Source: Candidatus Omnitrophota bacterium
GTDB lineage: Bacteria; Omnitrophota; Gorgyraeia; JABMRN01; RBG-13-46-9
Assembly: GCA_030605095.1 (NCBI GenBank)
Contig: JAUWBJ010000001.1
Span: 10,942-74,941, forward strand
Reading direction: 5' to 3'
Length of the DNA: 64,000 bases
Part shown: in pieces, positions 58,601 through 64,000 of the stretch
Numbering within the stretch: position 1 is the first letter of the stretch
Layout of the letters: each line of letters opens with the position of its first letter
Notes under the pieces: model-generated
What the model was told of the DNA's origin: nothing
The model's input: the letters and a program-made list of their open reading frames with translations, nothing else
Database searches by the model: none
Position numbers and translations under genes: made by a program

Positions 58601-59987
58601 GATAAGGTATAGAAAGCTCGCAATTCGGGATAGGGAGGAACTTCCCTTTACAAGAGCAGAACTTGTCTGGAAAAATGGAAAGCCGCTTTACATATCAAGT
58701 GAGAATGAATTATATTCGTTAAAGGATCCGCGAATAAAAATAATTATCCCCTCAATGGGTAGAGCTGCGACAGAACTTATATCTGCGGCATTTAGGGGGC
58801 TTGGATTTAATGCGGAGGCTGTGCCCCTTCCCGATTTTAAGACCTTGATGATCGGGCGTAGCAACACATCATGTAAGGAATGCCTTCCCTTGATACTGAC
58901 GGTAGCCTCGGTTTTGGATTATATCAAAAAAAGAAAGAATAAAGATGAATTGTTGTTGTACCTTATGCCAACTGTTAGCGGGAACTGCAGGTTCTCGCAA
59001 TATTATGTGTTTATTAAAAGGTTACTTGAGAAAAAGAGAATAAAAAACGTTGCCCTTCTCACCTTTACCAGTGAAAATGGTTATGCTGGCCTGGGTCCTT
59101 TGAGGGCAATTACGTTGTTGAAAGCAGGTATAACCGCGGATATCATGGATGATATTAAGAATGCGCTGCTTGTTCTGGCGATGGACAAGCAAAAGGCAGA
59201 TCGCGTATTCAATGCAGGGTGGGATAGGCTTATAGCCTGTTTTGAAAATGGATGTAAAGGATTTTATAAGACTTTAAAGGAGATTTCATCTGATCTGGCA
59301 AAGATCAAGCTTAGATACGAGATAAGCAAAGCCAAAAAGGTCCTTTTGGCAGGCGAAATTTATGTCAGGAAGGATGAGTTTTCATCTCAGGGTATTATTA
59401 CCGCCCTTAAAAAGAGAGACATTATAGTGAAGAGGTCTCCGGTGATGGAATGGATATATTATGTTGACCATATTGTTAAAAACCAAATCAAACCCAAATT
59501 TACGCTTGCTAAGAAAACAGAGTTCTTTTTGAGGCAGGTTATAAAGACCGGACTCGAGAAAAAGATAAAGCATATTCTTTCATATTCCGGGCTCTATGAA
59601 TATGAAACTATTGACATTGATGAAATTATGAGGATAGGAAGCGCCTTTATCGATCCAGCCCTTACCGGTGAAGCAATCCTTGTAGTAGGCGCATTCTTTA
59701 AGGAGATTTTAAAGACTGTTCATGGCGTTATTTCAATCGGTCCCTTTTCATGTCTTCCTACAAGGGTAATAGAATCGATATTGTCTCAAGAATCAAGAGT
59801 GGCAGGAAATAGCCGCCTCGATTTTTTGGAAAACCTTAATGAACTACAAAGGTTCGATACCTTACCTTTTTTCTCTCTCGAATGCGACGGCAATCCCTTT
59901 CCTCAGATAATAGAATCGAGGATTGAAGCCTTCTCCCTTCAGGTCGAACGGCTTTATGATACCCTCAATTCTGATAGAATAAAATAA
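55674..59987 (+). CDS. 1437-aa fusion: two BadF/BcrA/HgdC-type activase ATPase domains + DUF2229 + 2-hydroxyacyl-CoA dehydratase-like domain
   Basis: ICIGASTIRIV and GLDAGSTTTKAILL acetate/sugar-kinase-fold starts with Cys pairs, long C-terminal dehydratase-like region. Confidence 0.65.
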   Translation: MEKSLGICIGASTIRIVELLWNNGEFSIGKTSVMSHQCNPKNIFLEEIKKFDFQSYDYACITGRRFKDAISLPKITEPKATEYALKHYLRGKGERFNALISLGSENFILYELDEGGNIITVQTGNKCASGTGEFFLQQIRRMNVDLNKTIRLAKHSEPYYVSGRCSVFCKSDCTHALNKGIPVGRVCAGLGNMIVEKILELLRSTKNEDILLAGGVTKNSFVIERLNKKIKNLVILEHADIFEALGAAIFAYEKKKKPYTMMLKEEKTSFTTLPPLEESRKLVRFENHEMGIVTEGDEYILGLDAGSTTTKAILLRTKDDKIVASVYLRTSGDPVKASRQCYAEINTKLRGTKIDIIGLGVTGSGRKIAGLCALTDGIINEIIAHATAAAFFDKEVDTIIEIGGQDAKYTYLVNGVPCDYAMNEACSAGTGSFLEEAAKESLDINYLDIQDIALKAKNPANFNDQCAAFISSDIKNASHESISKEDIVAGLVYSICMNYNNRVKGLRKVGKKIFMQGGVCYNNAVPLAMAGILRKEITVPPEPGLMGAFGVALEIKKRIAMGLMKKSRFCLKELAGRGVEYGKSFTCPGELENCDRGCTINIISLNGKNYPFGGICNKYYNIMHHLFIDPKPFDIVDRRQKLVFDCGKEKGSANPIRNHRFSNGARISNGAKRVGISRSFLANLLYPLYYHFFSELGLGVVLSEAVDREGVKRTCSSFCFPAEISYGMFMDLVKKKPDYIFLPQISELYVERSQSYEPEHQSSCLILQSEPYYLRSTFRDIDIPIISPVLNFSRGWESTQERFVEIGKELGYDKDKSTGAFRYGLAKQNEFFKKKKELGDKVLKEIENDKSKIGIVLFGRPYNAFADEANLGIPRKFASRGVYIIPFDCLPYEHEVSIENMNWALGQEIIKAAHFVKKHQQLFGTFVTNFSCGPDSFIVGYFRDIMNTKPSLTLELDSHSADAGINTRIEAFLDIVIRYRKLAIRDREELPFTRAELVWKNGKPLYISSENELYSLKDPRIKIIIPSMGRAATELISAAFRGLGFNAEAVPLPDFKTLMIGRSNTSCKECLPLILTVASVLDYIKKRKNKDELLLYLMPTVSGNCRFSQYYVFIKRLLEKKRIKNVALLTFTSENGYAGLGPLRAITLLKAGITADIMDDIKNALLVLAMDKQKADRVFNAGWDRLIACFENGCKGFYKTLKEISSDLAKIKLRYEISKAKKVLLAGEIYVRKDEFSSQGIITALKKRDIIVKRSPVMEWIYYVDHIVKNQIKPKFTLAKKTEFFLRQVIKTGLEKKIKHILSYSGLYEYETIDIDEIMRIGSAFIDPALTGEAILVVGAFFKEILKTVHGVISIGPFSCLPTRVIESILSQESRVAGNSRLDFLENLNELQRFDTLPFFSLECDGNPFPQIIESRIEAFSLQVERLYDTLNSDRIK

Positions 59988-60072
59988 GCCTTCGGTTTTT
60001 GTAATCGAGCTGAAAATAGAGAAATAAAATGACAACTTTAGGAAAATCAAGAGGTTGTGACAATACTTAGAT

Positions 60073-60101
60073 TTGCATTTGAAGCAATTAAATGGTATAA
60101 T
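60073..60101 (+). promoter_or_regulatory. putative promoter TTGCAT-N17-TATAAT for fic, followed by 5'-UTR hairpin (60115-60141)
   Basis: Hexamers with 17-nt spacing; perfect 10-bp IR GAAGCGATTA/TAATCGCTTC just upstream of AGGAG RBS. Confidence 0.4.
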
Positions 60102-60156
60102 TGTATCAGATATTGAAGCGATTAAGATACCTAATCGCTTCAGGAGAATAGGGTAG

Positions 60157-61287
60157 ATGAAGTATATTTGGGGACGTAAAAACTGGTTTGATTTCAAATA
60201 TGACGATACGGTTTTACTTAAGCCATTAAGCGAGCTTAGAGTCTTGCAGGGGAAGCTATTGGGCCGTATCGCGTCCCTTGACATTAAGCTTGAAACTGAG
60301 GCTCAGGGAGCTATTTTGGTTGAAGAAGCCATCCGGACTGCGGAAATCGAAGGGCAAAAACTAAACCACGAAGCGGTTCGATCATCCGTAGCCGTGAGGC
60401 TTGGACTACCGCACGGTATCGGCCCGCATGACAGGCATGTTGATGGACTTGTGGATGTTCTCTTGGATGCGGTCCGTTTTCATGATAAACCCTTAACACT
60501 GGAACGGCTTAATGGCTGGCATGCGGCATTGTTCCCTTCAGGATATTCGGGCTTGCGAAAAATAAAAACAGGTAAAGTTCGAGGCAGCGAGCCTATGCAG
60601 ATTGTATCTGGACCCGTTGGTAAGGAAAAGGTGCATTTTGAGGCATTGCCGAAGGATCGCCTTGGTGAGGAGATGCGCCTTTTCCTGAAGTGGTGGAATT
60701 CGTCACAGGGGAGTATGGACGGTATCTTGCGAGCGGCCACGGCGCATTTACGTTTTTTGACAATTCACCCTTACGAAGACGGCAATGGACGTTTGGCTAG
60801 AGCCTTAACGGACATGGCTTTGGCTCAGGAGGAAAAACTAAAGGTGAGGTTTTATAGTGTCTCTTCCGAAATTATGCGCTCAAGGAGTAAATATTATAAA
60901 ATCCTTGAGGATGTGCAACAATGTCGTCTTGATGTGACAGAATGGTTTTTGTGGTTTGTCAAATGCGTTGCGGCATCTATTGAAAATTCACGCGATATTA
61001 TTGCGGGCGTATTCATGAAGGTTGATTTCTGGAATCAGCATGCCCAAGATGAGCTTAACGAGCGACAGAAAAAAGTTATTAATCGTATGTTAGAGACCGG
61101 GCCGGGTAATTTTGCCGGTGGACTAGCAACGCGCAAATATGTAAGTATTGCTAAGACGAGCCGTGCTACGGCATTCCGCGAGATTTCAGATATGCTTGAT
61201 AAAAAAATCCTGCGCCAATTGCCTGGCAAAGGCCGTAGCGTTCATTATGATCTAATCTGGCCGAGAACAGACAAACAAGAATCATGA
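60157..61287 (+). CDS. fic: Fic-family protein (DUF4172 N-domain, Fic core, C-terminal wHTH)
   Basis: HPYEDGNGRLARAL Fic motif; N-terminal MKYIWGRKNWFDFKYD; gene looks higher in GC than its surroundings by eye. Confidence 0.8.
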   Translation: MKYIWGRKNWFDFKYDDTVLLKPLSELRVLQGKLLGRIASLDIKLETEAQGAILVEEAIRTAEIEGQKLNHEAVRSSVAVRLGLPHGIGPHDRHVDGLVDVLLDAVRFHDKPLTLERLNGWHAALFPSGYSGLRKIKTGKVRGSEPMQIVSGPVGKEKVHFEALPKDRLGEEMRLFLKWWNSSQGSMDGILRAATAHLRFLTIHPYEDGNGRLARALTDMALAQEEKLKVRFYSVSSEIMRSRSKYYKILEDVQQCRLDVTEWFLWFVKCVAASIENSRDIIAGVFMKVDFWNQHAQDELNERQKKVINRMLETGPGNFAGGLATRKYVSIAKTSRATAFREISDMLDKKILRQLPGKGRSVHYDLIWPRTDKQES

Positions 61288-61332
61288 AGGGTTAAGGAGC
61301 TCATAGAATTGTTTAAATTTTAATGCAAACTT

Positions 61333-62526
61333 ATGCCAAAGAAGATTTTCATCCGCAGTTTTGGATGCCAGATGAATGTAAAAGATAGTGAGTTTATGGT
61401 GGGGCTCTTTTTGGAGAAGGGTTGTAAGCTTACTGATTCTCCGGAAGATGCCGATATCATTCTATTTAATACCTGCTCGGTGAGAGAACATGCCGAAGAA
61501 CGCGCTATAAGTAACATGGGGCATTTGATGAAACAATATAAGAACAAAGTATACGGCATGGTAGGATGTATGGCACAAGCATTGAAAGATAAACTTTTTG
61601 AAAGGTTGCCGGCGCTTGATCTTGTTTGCGGAACAGGAGAAATTGCAAGATTGCCGGAACTAGTCAAAGAGGCTGCAAAGAATAAAGTTTTAGCCCTTGA
61701 CAACTTAAATGCGCCTTTGCCCGAATTAAAGCCCTCTTACAGGCAAAGCAATAAACACGCCTATGTGTCCATAATGAGGGGATGTAATAATTTTTGTAGC
61801 TATTGTATTGTTCCATACGTGAGGGGAAAGGAGCGTTCGAGAAAAGTTGAAGATATCGTTAATGAGATAAAGGATTTGGCAGAGAGGGGTATTAAAGATA
61901 TTACGCTTTTGGGGCAGAATGTGAACTCATATATAGGAAGAGCGTATAACGTAGAGCGTATAGCGGATAGTAATAAGAAAAAAATGTGCAATTTTGTTCA
62001 ATTATTAAAATATATAAATAACATTGATGGCATTGAGAAGATTAGTTTTATGACCAGTCACCCTAAAGATGCAAATGTAGAATTGTTCAAAGCAATGAAA
62101 GAATCAGACAAGGTAGTTAAGCACCTTCATCTGCCTTTGCAATCCGGCTCTGATAGAATTCTAAAACTAATGAACAGGGGTTATACGAGAAGGAAGTATT
62201 TAAATCTTGTTAGAAAAGCAAGGAATATTATGCCTGGGCTTCGCCTAACGACAGATGTTATCGTCGGCTTTCCCACCGAGACAGAGAAAGATTTTAATGA
62301 TACCTTAAATTTGATGAAAGAGATAAAATTTGACCTGGCGTATATATTCAAATATTCGCCTCGTCCCGGAACAGGGGCAGCTCGCCTAAAAGACAGTATA
62401 CCGGAAGATACCAAAAAGAAGAGACACAAGATTCTGTTAGATTTGCAGAGAGAAATACACAGATTCATACAGATAAAAGAACAGATTCACACAGATAAAT
62501 TATGCGAAGAACTATCATCTTTTTAA
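61333..62526 (+). CDS. miaB: MiaB-like radical-SAM methylthiotransferase (no obvious TRAM domain)
   Basis: IRSFGCQMN MTTase N-domain, CNNFCSYC radical-SAM; ends about 20 aa after the radical-SAM core. Confidence 0.75.
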   Translation: MPKKIFIRSFGCQMNVKDSEFMVGLFLEKGCKLTDSPEDADIILFNTCSVREHAEERAISNMGHLMKQYKNKVYGMVGCMAQALKDKLFERLPALDLVCGTGEIARLPELVKEAAKNKVLALDNLNAPLPELKPSYRQSNKHAYVSIMRGCNNFCSYCIVPYVRGKERSRKVEDIVNEIKDLAERGIKDITLLGQNVNSYIGRAYNVERIADSNKKKMCNFVQLLKYINNIDGIEKISFMTSHPKDANVELFKAMKESDKVVKHLHLPLQSGSDRILKLMNRGYTRRKYLNLVRKARNIMPGLRLTTDVIVGFPTETEKDFNDTLNLMKEIKFDLAYIFKYSPRPGTGAARLKDSIPEDTKKKRHKILLDLQREIHRFIQIKEQIHTDKLCEELSSF

Positions 62527-63287
62527 TAATAGCTTTTATTTTATTTAGCCCTACACTGGTGCTGGCCCGGCAAATTTCTAAAATAGATTTTATCGAGGAT
62601 ATAAATATTTTATTTCTTAAGGAAGATTATACCGGTTTAATCAAAAATGCAGAAAAAAACTTCAATTTTTATCGGTTTAATAGAAAGGAAAAGAAAGAGG
62701 TTTTATATTTAATGGGATTATCTTACGTTAAGTTAGATAATTTTAGCGAAGCGCGAAAAATGTTTCATAAAATTTTAGCGATGAAAGGTGGTAAACTTAG
62801 ACAAGACGCTTATATAGGCATAGCCGATTCATATTTTCACGAAAAAAGTTTTAGCAAAGCAATCAGCGTGTATGAAGACGTGTTGAGAATATACCCGAGG
62901 AGCGATAGACTAAGCACTATATATTATAATCTCGGAGCCATCTTTAAAGCAAGAAAGGACTTGTATAAAGCAAACTATTATTTTGGGAAGATTAAAAAAC
63001 TATATAAGAGGAGCTTCGAAGCCGACAAGTCCGCGTATTTACCAACCAAGAGAAGGCCGGATTATTACATTGTTCAGCTGGGAGCATTTAAAAGCCTAAG
63101 AAATGCAAAGAAATTAGTTAGAAGGTTAAGGAGAAAAAAATATGATTCCTATATCCAGAAGGCCAAAAAGGATGGGAATGTTTTATATAAAGTAAGAGGG
63201 GGTAAATTCTCGAACAAATATTACGCTACGCGACTCTTAAGGAGGCTTAAGAAGAGCGGCTTTTCGGCGAAGATTATTGTGGAATAA
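62502..63287 (+). CDS. TPR-repeat protein with C-terminal SPOR domain
   Basis: Signal/anchor, TPR-like helices, C-terminal YYIVQLGAFKSLRNAKKLVRRL SPOR motif. Confidence 0.65.
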   Translation: MRRTIIFLIIAFILFSPTLVLARQISKIDFIEDINILFLKEDYTGLIKNAEKNFNFYRFNRKEKKEVLYLMGLSYVKLDNFSEARKMFHKILAMKGGKLRQDAYIGIADSYFHEKSFSKAISVYEDVLRIYPRSDRLSTIYYNLGAIFKARKDLYKANYYFGKIKKLYKRSFEADKSAYLPTKRRPDYYIVQLGAFKSLRNAKKLVRRLRRKKYDSYIQKAKKDGNVLYKVRGGKFSNKYYATRLLRRLKKSGFSAKIIVE

Positions 63288-63450
63288 ATTGAGAAATAGA
63301 TTGACAACTCCCCACGCATCAATGCGGGGGATTCCCCATCCTCACGGATTGGGTTTCCTGTTTCGCAGTCGGAACCAACGCTCCAACTCCACAGGCTTAA
63401 CATCCCATCTGTCCGACGGTACACGAAAAATCTATCACAAACAGAGGCAA

Positions 63451-64000
63451 ATGTCAAGAGAAAAACTTATATCCCCATTGCTAAAGCAAGAGGCTTTACG
63501 GCGTTCTTCGGTAATAGTTATAATAGGCCCTACCGCAGTTGGGAAAACGCCCCTCGCTATAAAACTGGCAAAGAAAGTCAATGGAGAGATAATTTCGGCG
63601 GACTCCATGCAGGCCTACAAAGGCATGGATATAATAAACCAGAGACCCACTGGGCTTCAACAAAAGTGCGTAAAACACCATTTCATAAGTTTCTTAAGTC
63701 CGTCGGATGAATATAACGCTAGCGCCTTTTCCAAAATGGCTAAAAAAACAATCCAGGATATAATTAGAAGGAAAAAAGTTCCCATTGTCGCGGGCGGTAG
63801 CGGCCTTTATGTAAAAGCGCTTGTGGACGGAATTTTTCCGTCGAAAGGAAAGAACGAAGATATAAGAAAAAGATTCGAGAAACTTGCCGATGAGAAGGGT
63901 GTTCTATTTTTATACAATAGGCTTAAAGATATAGATCCCGCTTCGGCTCAAAACATACACCCGAATGACTTAAGAAGGATTATAAGAGCACTCGAGATAT
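63451..64000 (+). CDS. miaA: tRNA dimethylallyltransferase MiaA (3' end beyond window)
   Basis: IIGPTAVGKT P-loop, ISADSMQAYKGMDI, NDLRRIIRALE motifs; open to window end; absent from the ORF track because no stop lies within the window. Confidence 0.85.
   Translation, partial: MSREKLISPLLKQEALRRSSVIVIIGPTAVGKTPLAIKLAKKVNGEIISADSMQAYKGMDIINQRPTGLQQKCVKHHFISFLSPSDEYNASAFSKMAKKTIQDIIRRKKVPIVAGGSGLYVKALVDGIFPSKGKNEDIRKRFEKLADEKGVLFLYNRLKDIDPASAQNIHPNDLRRIIRALEI

Noticed and set aside
638-63681. All minus-strand ORFs in the six-frame track (e.g. 638..1174, 6808..7284, 45589..46296, 46286..46792, 50610..51119, 52564..53151)
   Set aside because: Each lies antisense inside a + strand gene with clear family motifs. 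They have no recognisable domains and show low-complexity, Ser/Leu-rich translations typical of antisense frames.
1-64000. CRISPR arrays, tRNA/rRNA genes, transposases/integrases
   Set aside because: No regularly spaced direct repeats, no tRNA-like cloverleaf/T-loop motifs in intergenic regions, no DDE/tyrosine-recombinase-like ORFs were recognisable by eye. A covariance-model scan (tRNAscan/Infernal) would be needed to be definitive.

Overview
The composition and gene content suggest an anaerobic bacterium, roughly 40-45% GC by eye. All ~70 credible genes lie on the + strand; every minus-strand ORF in the track is an antisense artefact. Main gene groups, in order along the window:
(1) A Rex-headed operon encoding an AsrA/AsrB- (HydB/HydG-) like NAD(P)H module, a polyferredoxin, a group-4 membrane-bound [NiFe]-hydrogenase core (NuoH/B/C/D-like; the large subunit has the RxCGxCxxxH and DPCxxC motifs) and a full Mrp antiporter module (MnhA/D,B,B',C,D,E,F,G) plus a NuoI-like ferredoxin.
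(2) hycI-hypA(N-terminal only)-hypF(Kae1-like domain only)-hypCDE.
(3) A Fur-family regulator and an uncharacterised cluster of DUF5320-like Gly/Arg-rich proteins, two NifX/NifB-C-like (Nitro_FeMo-Co) proteins and two MinD/ParA-type ATPases with ferredoxin domains.
(4) An MBL-fold protein, a DUF89 protein, a His-rich membrane protein, nikR with an outer-membrane protein gene, and a LYS1/AlaDH-fold dehydrogenase + ATP-grasp pair.
(5) nadE, a purF-like gene with Cys1 replaced by Ser, a hexokinase-family gene, thi4 and a PP-loop protein.
(6) bioB-bioF-bioH/C(fusion)-bioD-bioA, then nifU-nifS-mnmA-nadA.
(7) A roughly 18-kb stretch between nadA and a miaB-like gene. It is split into four gene blocks by four degenerate copies of a methylthiotransferase 5' end (MKKVYIRTFGCQM...). 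The blocks are tolC-macA-macB; arsP-thioredoxin-like-ccdA; acr3, a P-type ATPase and a NapH-like protein; and a 1437-aa double-activase/dehydratase-like protein with a GC-rich fic gene. This pattern suggests serial insertion of cassettes at the 5' end of miaB.
(8) A TPR-SPOR protein and a partial miaA.
No rRNA, tRNA or CRISPR arrays were recognised.
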